DNA from: Acutalibacteraceae bacterium
Lineage (GTDB): Bacteria; Bacillota; Clostridia; Oscillospirales; Acutalibacteraceae
Assembly: GCA_045538015.1 (NCBI GenBank)
Contig: JAZSQO010000008.1
Coordinates: 1,759-65,758, forward strand
Reading direction: 5' to 3'
Length of the DNA: 64,000 nucleotides
The position numbers were made by a program, and so were the translations under genes. Positions within the stretch are counted from its first letter, which is position 1. Each line of letters opens with the position of its first letter. Positions 26,488-34,796 of this stretch are shown in pieces. The notes under the pieces are model-generated. The model searched no databases, was not told the origin of the DNA, and was given only the letters and a program-made list of their open reading frames with translations.

Positions 26488-28620
26488 TCAGTAATTGCTG
26501 TCGGTGAACAGCTGGCGGATGGCTTCCACCTCGCCCTCCCAGCCCTCGGTGTTGAGGTACTGATAGGAGTAGAGCATGAAGCCGTCGGCGTTGATGCCGT
26601 TTTCTCTGGCGTATTCTATCTGCTGGGCGATGTCCCGGTCGCTCTTCTGCCACTTGCCGCCGTCGGCGGTGCCTCCCGCCTTGTAGAGGGCAAGACCGAT
26701 ATACAGCTTGACATCCTCGCAGGTGGTTATCTCTTTCCACTGCTCGCAGCGCTTGGCGTAGGGCGAGATGGTGTTGTCGAAGGTCCAGTATATCTGGGGA
26801 CAGATGTAGTCAACATAGCCCGGTGTGGAGCACCATGTGTACACATCGGCGCCGATACGGGTGCAGTTGCCGATGTTGCCCTGAGGGCTGATGCCGAAGT
26901 CGCAGTCGGGATCGGCGGCCTTGACGGCGGCGTAGGAGTCGCGCACAAGGGTGTTGATGATGTCCGTGCGCCACTGGATGAGGGTCATGGTGCCGCCCGA
27001 TTCCTTGTAGGCGTTGTAGGCAAGGCTGTCGTCAAAGGAGGCGTCGGCGGCGGGATAGAAGTAATCGTCCCAGTGGATGCCGTCGATGTCGTAATTCTCC
27101 GCCAGTTCCACCATGCCGTCGATGAGCAGCTGCCTTACCTCGGGATGGGCGGGATTGTAGAACTTGCCCTTCTGGAAGTCGATGACCCAGTCGTCGTTGT
27201 CCGGGTCGCTGTCGGTGCGCCAGAGGGTGTAGGGATTATCCTCGGAGATAGCCTTGGGCAGCGAGCCGTTGGCCAGCTGGATGCGCAGCGGGTTTATCCA
27301 CGCGTGGAGCTCAAGACCGCTGTCGTGAGCCTTTTTCACGATGTATTCCAGCGGGTCAAAGGAGGGAGCTTCGCCCTGAGTGCCGGTGCACACATGAGAC
27401 CAGGGGAAGATGTCCGAGTCATACACCGCGTCGCCGAAGGGACGCACATGGAAGATTATGGCGTTTGCCCCCACATTAAGACAATCGGCCACCATCCGGT
27501 CAATGGCGGCCTCGGTGATGTTGTTCTGGCTAAGATAAGGGATCCACACGGCCCGCATCTCCTCGTCGGCGCTGACCGCGGGAGTGGAGGATGATGAACG
27601 GGAGAAGTACCCGTCCACCACCTCGGCGGACACCGCCCGCTCGCCGCCCAGCACATACACCCGGGAAGGCTCACGGGAGGAGACATAGGAGGCCACGGCA
27701 CGGTTGCCGGCGTTGGGAGGCAGCAGCACGATGGGCGCGTTGTTGAAGGCAGCCAGAGCGCCTCCCGCAAGAGCGTCGGGGAAGGCGGTGCCGGTGGCGG
27801 CCACCATGGTGCGGCTGTTGAGCACATGGGAATAGGCGCTGTTGATGGCAAGGGCGGTGGAGTAGCGGTCGGAGCCGGAAAGGCGATCCACCTCGGAAAG
27901 GCCCCGGGAGGCTATGGCTTCCTCGGCGCTGCCGTCAACGGCGGAGGTGCCGCCCAGAATCCGGGCGCTGTCCAGACCCTTTTCCGCAAGGCCGGAAAGG
28001 AAGTCGGCAGTGGCTTTATCCAGAGTGCCGTCAGGGCGGACATACAGTATGGGACAGCCGGCAGCCGAAGCGGCGGGGCCGGCGGCAAGGGCATCGGGAT
28101 AGTTGGCCGAGCTGGCGAAGAACACGTCCTCGGGCAGCTGACCGCACAGGCTTATCATCTTGTCGGCAATGGCTACGGCGGTGGCAAAGCGATCCTTGCC
28201 CTGCAGGCGGTTGACCCGGCAGCCCATTTCCTTGAGCTGAGCCTCGATGTCACCGCTGACGGCGGAGGTGCCGCCCAGAATATAGACATTGCGCACGCCC
28301 AGATGCACCAGCTGATTTCTGACCTCCTTCTCGAGGGAGGAGCCGTTGCCGGTGAGCAGAATGGGAGCGCCCAGTGCTCCGGCCAGAGGAACGCCGGCCA
28401 GGGCGTCGGGGAAGGAACGGGAGTTGGCCAGCAGCACGGTGCCGCAGCTGTTCCAGCCCTCACCGGCGATCATGGACGCGGTCTCTATTCGGTTTTCGCC
28501 GCCGATGCGGATTATCTCGGCGCTGCCGGAGCCGGCAAAGGCGTTCATGGTCACCGCCGGCACGGCCATGGTCACGGCCAGCACAAAGGCGGCAACGGCG
28601 CGGAAGAAGCGTCTGCCCAT
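26488..28620 (-). CDS. Secreted cell-wall-binding (3x CWB2) protein with glycosyl-hydrolase-like-10 (GHL10/DUF187) domain
   Basis: The signal peptide is 'MGRRFFRAVAAFVLAVTMAVPAVTMNAFA'. The three CWB2 units are 'GENRIETASMIA', 'GKDRFATAVAIA' and 'GSDRYSTALAIN'. A TIM-barrel-like C-terminal half follows. Confidence 0.75.
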   Translation of the reverse strand: MGRRFFRAVAAFVLAVTMAVPAVTMNAFAGSGSAEIIRIGGENRIETASMIAGEGWNSCGTVLLANSRSFPDALAGVPLAGALGAPILLTGNGSSLEKEVRNQLVHLGVRNVYILGGTSAVSGDIEAQLKEMGCRVNRLQGKDRFATAVAIADKMISLCGQLPEDVFFASSANYPDALAAGPAASAAGCPILYVRPDGTLDKATADFLSGLAEKGLDSARILGGTSAVDGSAEEAIASRGLSEVDRLSGSDRYSTALAINSAYSHVLNSRTMVAATGTAFPDALAGGALAAFNNAPIVLLPPNAGNRAVASYVSSREPSRVYVLGGERAVSAEVVDGYFSRSSSSTPAVSADEEMRAVWIPYLSQNNITEAAIDRMVADCLNVGANAIIFHVRPFGDAVYDSDIFPWSHVCTGTQGEAPSFDPLEYIVKKAHDSGLELHAWINPLRIQLANGSLPKAISEDNPYTLWRTDSDPDNDDWVIDFQKGKFYNPAHPEVRQLLIDGMVELAENYDIDGIHWDDYFYPAADASFDDSLAYNAYKESGGTMTLIQWRTDIINTLVRDSYAAVKAADPDCDFGISPQGNIGNCTRIGADVYTWCSTPGYVDYICPQIYWTFDNTISPYAKRCEQWKEITTCEDVKLYIGLALYKAGGTADGGKWQKSDRDIAQQIEYARENGINADGFMLYSYQYLNTEGWEGEVEAIRQLFTDSNY

Positions 28621-28780
28621 AGTCAGTCCCTTTCGTTGTTGGATATAATTACCGGTCAGCCCGCCCGGTCGGCGCACTTCACCAGTGTCTTTTAATTATA
28701 TACCGCGTTCTTCATCAGAATATCGAATTATAGTAAACAATTCGTGAACAGATTGTTTCGTGGCGGAACGGAAAAGGCGC

Positions 28781-28820
28781 AAAAAGCCGGTGCCGGGATC
28801 ACATGGCTCCGGCACCGGCT
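28781..28820 (-). terminator. Intrinsic terminator of the NYN / 4Fe-4S operon
   Basis: agccggtgccgg / ccggcaccggct stem followed by TTTTT on the minus strand. Confidence 0.75.
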
Positions 28821-28834
28821 GACGGTGAATATTC

Positions 28835-29653
28835 TCAGAGGGCGTTCTTCGGGCAGCTCTTCGCGCACTCGAAGCAGAGGATGCATTCGGTGCCGTTCTC
28901 CCGCTTTCTGGAGTTGTCGGTCATGTCCACATTCATGGGACACACCTGCCTGCACTTTCCGCAGTCCACGCACTTGCTCCTGTCGCATTTTACCCTCAGC
29001 AGGGAAAAGTAGCTCATGGGCTTGAGGAACACGGTGACGGGGCATATGTATTTGCAGAAGGCGCGGTTGTCCTTCAGCAGGCAGGCAAGGACGATGCCCA
29101 CGGCGTAGTACAGCAGGTTGCCCGCGATGAAGGCCCAGAACATTATCCTTTCGATATTGCCCACCCGGGCGAGGAACAGCGCCGCCACAAAGACGAAGGA
29201 GGCGGCGAAGGTGATGTACCTTATCCAGCCCAGCTTTTTTCTCGGGGCCTTGGGCACCTTCCACGGAAGAAGGTCGAGCACCATTGCCGTCCAGCAGGCG
29301 TAGCCGCACCAGCCCCGGCCGAAAATCAGCGGGCCGAATATCTTGGCCACGGCGTAGTGGATGGTGGCCGCCTCGAAGACGCCGGTGAAAAGATAATACC
29401 AGAAGCCCTCTATCTGCATATTCTCATTGCAGGCAAGACCCAGATAGAACAGCATATACATTCCCACCAGCAGCTGGGTGACCCGCCGGGCGTGCTTGTA
29501 TTTCCTGATGAAGAGAAACAGCCCCAGCGCTATGGAAAGGCCGATGTAGCTGAAGTTGAGCAGATAGAAAAGATTATCCTTGGTCAGCCAGAGGGTGACC
29601 GCCACCGTTTCAAACACGGCGAGGATAAAAAGGGGCGCGAGATACTTTTTCAT
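28835..29653 (-). CDS. Integral-membrane 4Fe-4S binding protein (NapH/MauN-like)
   Basis: 'GRGWCGYACW', 'FCKYICP', 'CVDCGKCRQVCP' and 'CILCFECAKSCP' are present, with about 6 TM helices. Confidence 0.75.
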   Translation of the reverse strand: MKKYLAPLFILAVFETVAVTLWLTKDNLFYLLNFSYIGLSIALGLFLFIRKYKHARRVTQLLVGMYMLFYLGLACNENMQIEGFWYYLFTGVFEAATIHYAVAKIFGPLIFGRGWCGYACWTAMVLDLLPWKVPKAPRKKLGWIRYITFAASFVFVAALFLARVGNIERIMFWAFIAGNLLYYAVGIVLACLLKDNRAFCKYICPVTVFLKPMSYFSLLRVKCDRSKCVDCGKCRQVCPMNVDMTDNSRKRENGTECILCFECAKSCPKNAL

Positions 29654-29663
29654 GCTCTCTCCC

Positions 29664-30440
29664 CTATTCTATATTTCTGACAAGGAACTGCTTGCTGCCG
29701 TCCTTGCCCCGCACGGCGTTCATCTCAAAGCAGTTGCAGGATTTCATAAGGCTGGTCAGCTTGAGGAAGCCGTAGTTGCGCACGTCGAAATCGGGATAGC
29801 GCTTGAGAAGGATGTTGCCGATGTGGCTCATGGGTGCCCAGCCGTCGTCGTCGGATATCTCGTCGATGATGGCGATGATGGCCTTGCGGACGGTCTTCAT
29901 GGGGGTGAGGGTTATCTCCGGCTCGGCAGCGTGATGCTCGGTCTCCTGAGCGGGACGGCTGTCCGTCCGGGACTGCTTTTCCCGGGCGCGCTCCTTCTCG
30001 GTGTCCCGCAGGAGCACATCCAGATAGCGGAACTTGTCGCAGGCGGTGATGAAGGGCTTGGGCGTTTTCTGCTCGCCCATGCCGATGACATACACTCCCG
30101 ACTCGCGCAGGCGGGCGGCAAGGCGGGTAAAGTCGCTGTCGCTGGACACGATGCAGAAGCCCTCCACCCGGCCGGCATAGAGGATGTCCATGGCGTCGAT
30201 TATCATGGCCGAGTCGGTGGCGTTTTTGCCCGAGGTGTAGCTGTACTGCTGGATGGGCGTTATGGAATAATCCAGCAGCACCTTTTTCCACGCTCCGAGG
30301 TCGGGGCGTGTCCAGTCGCCGTAGATGCGCTTGTAGGTGATGGTGCCCTCGTTGGAAAGCTCATTGAAGATAACTCCGATGAATCTGGGCGCAACATTGT
30401 CCGCGTCGATAAGCACGGCAAAGCGCTTGTCCTGTGACAT
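29664..30440 (-). CDS. NYN (LabA-like) nuclease domain + C-terminal OST-HTH/LOTUS domain protein
   Basis: 'FAVLIDADNV...YGDW...KNATDSAMIIDAMD...IVSSDSDFTRLA..LRE.G..V.G' is present. The C-terminus reads 'GWAPMSHIGNILLKRYPDFDVRNYGF.KL'. Confidence 0.8.
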   Translation of the reverse strand: MSQDKRFAVLIDADNVAPRFIGVIFNELSNEGTITYKRIYGDWTRPDLGAWKKVLLDYSITPIQQYSYTSGKNATDSAMIIDAMDILYAGRVEGFCIVSSDSDFTRLAARLRESGVYVIGMGEQKTPKPFITACDKFRYLDVLLRDTEKERAREKQSRTDSRPAQETEHHAAEPEITLTPMKTVRKAIIAIIDEISDDDGWAPMSHIGNILLKRYPDFDVRNYGFLKLTSLMKSCNCFEMNAVRGKDGSKQFLVRNIE

Positions 30441-30548
30441 ATTTATTCATTTCCTTTATTTTCGGATTTATGGCCCGAGGCTTGCGCCCGGAGCGCAAAG
30501 GGGATAAAATCTACAGTGATAACTCAGCACCGCGAAAGGGGACAGTCT

Positions 30549-31040
30549 ATGCTCCAGCGAATTACCCATGCCTTTGACCCGGTATACGACCGGAACAGCC
30601 GGGTGCTTATACTCGGCACCATGCCCTCGCCCGCCTCCCGGGAACAGGGCTTTTACTATTCTCACCCGCGCAACCGGTTCTGGCCGGTGATGGCGGCGGT
30701 GCTGGGCGAGGCTCAGCCGGTCACGCCGGAGGAGAAGCGGGATCTCTGCCTTCGGAACCGCATAGCCCTCTGGGATGTGCTGAAAAGCTGCGATATAGAC
30801 GGAGCCTCCGACGCCAGCATACGCTGTCCGGAGGCCAACGATATTCCTTTTGTGCTGAGCCGGACGGATATCCGCCTTGTGTGTACCACCGGAGCCAAAG
30901 CGGCTCAGCTTTACCGGCGGGAATTTCCCGGGCTGGATGTTCCCCACATCGCCCTGCCCTCCACCAGCCCGGCCAACTGCCGGGTGAGCACGGAGGAGCT
31001 GACAAAGGCTTATGGGGTGGTCAGGGAGTGGTGCGGGTGA
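30549..31040 (+). CDS. DNA-deoxyinosine (hypoxanthine) glycosylase, UDG superfamily family 6-like
   Basis: 'VLILGTMPS..S......YY.HP.N.FW' is present. RBS is gaaagggga. Confidence 0.7.
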   Translation: MLQRITHAFDPVYDRNSRVLILGTMPSPASREQGFYYSHPRNRFWPVMAAVLGEAQPVTPEEKRDLCLRNRIALWDVLKSCDIDGASDASIRCPEANDIPFVLSRTDIRLVCTTGAKAAQLYRREFPGLDVPHIALPSTSPANCRVSTEELTKAYGVVREWCG

Positions 31041-31070
31041 AGGCCGTGCGATGATTCGGCGCCGCATATC

Positions 31071-31213
31071 GGGCGGTCAATGATCGCCTCTACAGCCAGA
31101 ATGCGGAGGATTACCATCGTAGGGGCGGATTCCATATCCGCCCGTAATGTTCTTCCGGCAGGCGCGGTGCAATCGTGTCGGCCATGGCGGGCGATCGATG
31201 ATCGCCCCTACTA
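31071..31213. repeat. Mosaic repeat hairpin cluster, left of the IS
   Basis: P2 is at 31071-31093. Inverted P1 'gtaggggcggattccatatccgccc' is at 31119-31143. P2 'gggcgatcgatgatcgcccctac' is at 31189-31211. Confidence 0.85.
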
Positions 31214-31224
31214 TGTCGTAACAT

Positions 31225-32019
31225 CTAAAACTTTACTTCTGGATAAAGATGTTTTAACTTAGTTCTGGCGTCTGAAGTCTTGAATTGCCACGAAACGCCT
31301 CTTTGGGACGAATTGCGATTCAAGCTCCACGAGGATAGGATATCATTGAGAGCATCAACCGATGGAATTCTTTCGCCCAACAAGCATTGAATCGTCAACG
31401 CAGAAAGCTCGATTTCCGCAATGTCCAACCAAGAGCCATGTTTGGGAGTGTAGTGGACTTCGAGTTTTTGAGACAGCCGAAATGCTTCTTCCGGTGAAAA
31501 TATCTTGTAGAATGAAGCGGTTGTATGTGTATTCAAATTGTCCATAACAAGAACGATCTTTTCCGCATTTGGATACGCTTCGTCAATCAGCCATTTCATT
31601 TGCCTTGCCCAGTCTTCGCTGGTTCTGCGCGGCAACGCGTGTGCCTCTCTCCATTGGCCCAAAGGTTCGGTGAACATGAAAATTGAACAAGAGCCTTTCC
31701 GGACATATTCGCAATCATATTTTTTTGTATGGTTGCTCTCACTCATGGGAATAGGCGCAAACATCTCATCCAGCAACTGAAAAGGCTTTTCGTCCATACA
31801 GATTATGGGCCTTTTTTCGTTGTAGGGACGAGAATACACTTCCAAAACATCCTCCATATGGGCAACAAACTCGGCGTTTTGCTTCGGTGGGATGCACCAC
31901 ATCGTCTTCAGGTGAGGCTTATATTTCGTTTTTTTAAAAGTCTCTGAACCGTCATGTGCGAAATACTTTCCACAAGTTGAAGCTGAACAATTCTTTCGCT
32001 TAAAAGCCGCACAGTCCAT
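31225..32019 (-). CDS. IS630 transposase OrfB (DDE domain), reached by -1 frameshift from OrfA
   Basis: 'PIICMDEKPFQL', 'VLVMDNLNTHT' and 'TPKHGSWLDIAEIE' are the DDE-type blocks. This frame is -1 relative to OrfA. Confidence 0.8.
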   Translation of the reverse strand: MDCAAFKRKNCSASTCGKYFAHDGSETFKKTKYKPHLKTMWCIPPKQNAEFVAHMEDVLEVYSRPYNEKRPIICMDEKPFQLLDEMFAPIPMSESNHTKKYDCEYVRKGSCSIFMFTEPLGQWREAHALPRRTSEDWARQMKWLIDEAYPNAEKIVLVMDNLNTHTTASFYKIFSPEEAFRLSQKLEVHYTPKHGSWLDIAEIELSALTIQCLLGERIPSVDALNDILSSWSLNRNSSQRGVSWQFKTSDARTKLKHLYPEVKF

Positions 32020-32369
32020 CTGGAACAGCCCTTGGGCGGTTCACTGCAAGCCAGGGCAATGATCTTTGCCTCGGTTTCTCCGTCAATCTTGGGGGCTGTT
32101 GGTGGTGTTTCTCTTTTCTTGCGGGTAAGATACGCTTCAATATCGTGGTTGGAAAGAAATTCATCACGCATATTGTATACCGCTTGAACGGAAATCTGGG
32201 CAAATTCCGCCGTCCGCTTATATCTCACATGATCCGCCTTACCGGTACGATCCAACATCAACAACACTCTCGCACGAGTTATCGTGTGAGAATTGTGAAT
32301 TCCGTTTCGGACTATTTCCTTAAGGTAAACTTGTTCTTCCTCAGTTAAATATATCTCTTTGTTTAACAT
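31908..32369 (-). CDS. IS630 transposase OrfA (HTH N-terminal part)
   Basis: 'ARVLLMLD...' is a helix-turn-helix region. The frame ends just after the A7 slippery run. Confidence 0.8.
   Translation of the reverse strand: MLNKEIYLTEEEQVYLKEIVRNGIHNSHTITRARVLLMLDRTGKADHVRYKRTAEFAQISVQAVYNMRDEFLSNHDIEAYLTRKKRETPPTAPKIDGETEAKIIALACSEPPKGCSRWTVRLLSERIVQLQLVESISHMTVQRLLKKRNISLT
31929..31935 (-). promoter_or_regulatory. A_AAA_AAA slippery heptamer for -1 frameshift (or transcriptional slippage)
   Basis: The minus strand reads cttTTAAAAAAACGA. The OrfA frame is tta-aaa-aaa-cga and the OrfB frame is ttt-aaa-aaa-acg. Confidence 0.7.
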
Positions 32370-32445
32370 TGCGGTATACTCCTTTGCTGTTTTCCTTTAG
32401 TATACCACATATTTTGCAAAAAGTAAAGTTTAAGATGTTACGAAG

Positions 32446-32705
32446 TACTACATCCGGGACGAACCCGGTGTGATGCTTCGGCGCGATCCGGGCGATTGGT
32501 GATCGTCCCTTGGCAGGTCCGGAGAATAAATGAACCGCGCCCATGCTGCCGTTGATACCGTAGGGGCGATCATTGATCGCCCGACGCTCCCGGGACGAAC
32601 CCGGTGCGATTTTTCAGCGCGATTCGGCATAGATGTTGGTGCGCGAGGACATATTTTGCCCGCAGGCATTGAGTGCGCATACCGGGCGATCATTGATCTC
32701 CCTAA
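32446..32705. repeat. Mosaic repeat hairpin cluster, right of the IS
   Basis: Two copies of 'ccgggacgaacccggtg' are present. A degenerate P2 is at 32490-32509. Inverted P2 'gtaggggcgatcattgatcgccc' is at 32560-32582. Another P2 is at 32683-32705. Confidence 0.8.
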
Positions 32706-32730
32706 CTCAGGTTATAGGCCTTTCCCGTTT

Positions 32731-33192
32731 TTATCCCTTCATCGCGCGCTCGATGTCGCGCTTGGCCGATTTCTGAGCGGCGGCCTCCCGCTTGTCGTAG
32801 AGCTTTTTGCCCTTGCACAGTCCCAGCTGCAGCTTGACACGGGAGCCTTTGAAGTAAAGGGACAGCGGGATGAGAGCCAGTCCCTCCTGCTTGACCGTGC
32901 CGTAAAGGCGCATTATCTCCCGCTTGTGCATGAGCAGACGGCGCTTGCGCATGGGATCGCGGTTGAAGATGTTGCCCTGCTCGTAGGGCGAGATGTGCAT
33001 GGCGTGGACGAATATCTCGCCGTCGTGTATGCCGCACCAGGAGTCCTTGAGGTTGACCCGGCCCTGACGCAGGGATTTGACCTCGGTGCCGCACAGCTCG
33101 ATGCCGGCCTCGAAGGTCTCCTCCACGAAGTAGTCGTGGTAGGCTTTTTTGTTCTGGGCTATGGTGCGGTTTTCAGTCTTCTTTTCCGCCAT
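32731..33192 (-). CDS. smpB: SsrA-binding protein
   Basis: 'IAQNKKA.HDY......EAGI.L.GTEVKS.R.G...L.DS' is present, with C-terminus 'KGKK.YDKR'. Confidence 0.93.
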   Translation of the reverse strand: MAEKKTENRTIAQNKKAYHDYFVEETFEAGIELCGTEVKSLRQGRVNLKDSWCGIHDGEIFVHAMHISPYEQGNIFNRDPMRKRRLLMHKREIMRLYGTVKQEGLALIPLSLYFKGSRVKLQLGLCKGKKLYDKREAAAQKSAKRDIERAMKG

Positions 33193-33724
33193 CGGCGCGG
33201 GCACCTTCTTTCGGTTGGTCGTTTTTGGAGCTGCTCTGCTGAACCTCACGGCTGTCGGAGTCCACGAACACCACCAGCCGGCAGCCCAGATAGTTTATCA
33301 GAAAGGTAAAGGGGCAGGTCAGCCAGAAGGCCAGCTCGCCGTTTATCCCCCAGCTGAGGAAAAGGGTGAGCAGAGCCTCGCCGGCCAGCATGGTCACGAG
33401 GTTGAGCAGGCAGAAGCCCACGAAACGGGGCAGAAAGGAGCCGGCCTTTACCTCCTTGGCGGTGAACCAGCGCAGCAGATACATTATTATCACGCTGCTG
33501 ATATAGTAGACCGCGTAGGCCGAATGCTCGTTTATGCTGATATCCACGCTCCCGAAGGGCAGCTCCAGAGTGTGGGTGCCCGGGAAGAAGCGAAGTAAAA
33601 TATACCTCAGCAGCAGCGCGGAAAATGTTGAAACACCGGTGATGAGCAGGTACTTTATCAGCACCTTCAGCTCACCGCCGGCTATTTTCTTTTTAGGGGT
33701 GCCAGGTGCTTTTTTCATGTCCAT
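33173..33724 (-). CDS. GtrA-like membrane protein
   Basis: Four TM helices and '[22 protein letters not shown]' are present. The family call is by eye. Confidence 0.5.
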   Translation of the reverse strand: MDMKKAPGTPKKKIAGGELKVLIKYLLITGVSTFSALLLRYILLRFFPGTHTLELPFGSVDISINEHSAYAVYYISSVIIMYLLRWFTAKEVKAGSFLPRFVGFCLLNLVTMLAGEALLTLFLSWGINGELAFWLTCPFTFLINYLGCRLVVFVDSDSREVQQSSSKNDQPKEGARADGGKED

Positions 33725-33744
33725 CTTTGATGTTATCTATGGTG

Positions 33745-34341
33745 TTACATATCACTCCGGCCGCTCATGGCCCGGCCCAGAGTGACATTGTCGGCGTATT
33801 CAAGGTCTCCGCCCACGGGAATGCCGAAGGCCAGACGGGTGCAGCGCACTCCCATGGGCTTGAGCAGCCGGGAGAGATACATGGCTGTGGCCTCGCCCTC
33901 AACGGTGGGATTGGTGGCCATTATGACCTCGGAGACGCTGTCGTTCACCCGGCTGAGCAGCTCCTTGATGTGCAGCTGCTCGGGGCCGACGCCGTCCATG
34001 GGGGAAATGGCACCGTGGAGCACATGGTAAACGCCGGTGTATTCGTTGGTGCGCTCGATGGCGATGACATCCCGGGGATCCTCCACCACGCAGATGACCG
34101 AATGATCCCGGGAATCCTTGGCGCACACCGGACACACCTCCGAGTCGGTCAGGTTGCAGCAGACCGAGCAGTGGTGGATCTTGGCGCGGGCGTCCAGAAT
34201 AACCTGAGCGAAATTCTCCGCCTCTCCCTCGGGAAGGTTGAGAATATGCAATGCCAGGCGCTGGGCGCTTTTGCGTCCAACGCCCGGCAGTCGCTCAAAT
34301 TGCTCTATTAATCTGGACAGCGGAGCAACGCTGTATGCCAT
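33745..34341 (-). CDS. recR: Recombination protein RecR
   Basis: 'LIEQFERLPGVGRKSAQRLALH' is present, with zinc finger 'CSVCCNLTDSEVCPVC' and a Toprim domain. Confidence 0.95.
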   Translation of the reverse strand: MAYSVAPLSRLIEQFERLPGVGRKSAQRLALHILNLPEGEAENFAQVILDARAKIHHCSVCCNLTDSEVCPVCAKDSRDHSVICVVEDPRDVIAIERTNEYTGVYHVLHGAISPMDGVGPEQLHIKELLSRVNDSVSEVIMATNPTVEGEATAMYLSRLLKPMGVRCTRLAFGIPVGGDLEYADNVTLGRAMSGRSDM

Positions 34342-34344
34342 GGC

Positions 34345-34695
34345 TTAGAATATGCCGGGGAGAGTCATGCCGCCGGTGATGGCGCCCAGACGGGCTTCCT
34401 TGTCGGTATTGACCATACGGAGAGCCTCGTTGACGGCGGCCATGATCATATCGGAAAGCATCTCGATATCCTCGGGGTCAACGACCTCGGGCTTGATCTC
34501 GATGGACTTGACTTCATTGCTGCCAAGAACGGTGACGGTGACGGCATTGCCGCCGGCAGAGGCGGTATATTCCTTGACCTCCAGCTCGTCGCTGATGCGC
34601 TCCATCTCGGCCTGCATCTTCTGAGCCTGACGGGCCAGTGCGTTCACATTGTTCTGGGCTCCTCCGCCGTAGCCCTGGGGCAGTCTTGCTTTCAT
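34345..34695 (-). CDS. ybaB: YbaB/EbfC nucleoid-associated protein
   Basis: 'AQKMQAEMERISDELEVKEYTASAGGNAVTVTVLG' is present. RBS is caggagga. Confidence 0.9.
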   Translation of the reverse strand: MKARLPQGYGGGAQNNVNALARQAQKMQAEMERISDELEVKEYTASAGGNAVTVTVLGSNEVKSIEIKPEVVDPEDIEMLSDMIMAAVNEALRMVNTDKEARLGAITGGMTLPGIF

Positions 34696-34796
34696 GATTG
34701 TTTCCTCCTGTTTTTTGCTTGTTAATTTTTTAATGTATTGTTCTGAGTATATTTCGGAATTGTGTGCCCGGTGTGATGCCATACCATCAGGAAGCA

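Larger units (their letters stand above)
31214..32445 (-). mobile_element. IS630-family insertion sequence (1232 bp)
   Basis: The ~25-bp imperfect terminal inverted repeats are tgTCGTAACATCTaAAACTTTAC (31214-31236) and its complement at 32423-32445. TA is flanked on both sides (31212-13 and 32446-47). Two overlapping transposase frames are present. G+C is visibly low. Confidence 0.85.

Noticed and set aside
26479-28695. Plus-strand ORFs 26479-27594 and 27826-28695
   Set aside because: They are shadows of the CWB2-GHL10 gene.
32446-32730. tmRNA (ssrA) expected downstream of smpB
   Set aside because: The region has no GGGG...acceptor start, no tag-reading frame and no T-arm/CCA end. It is composed of the hairpin repeats, so ssrA must lie elsewhere.
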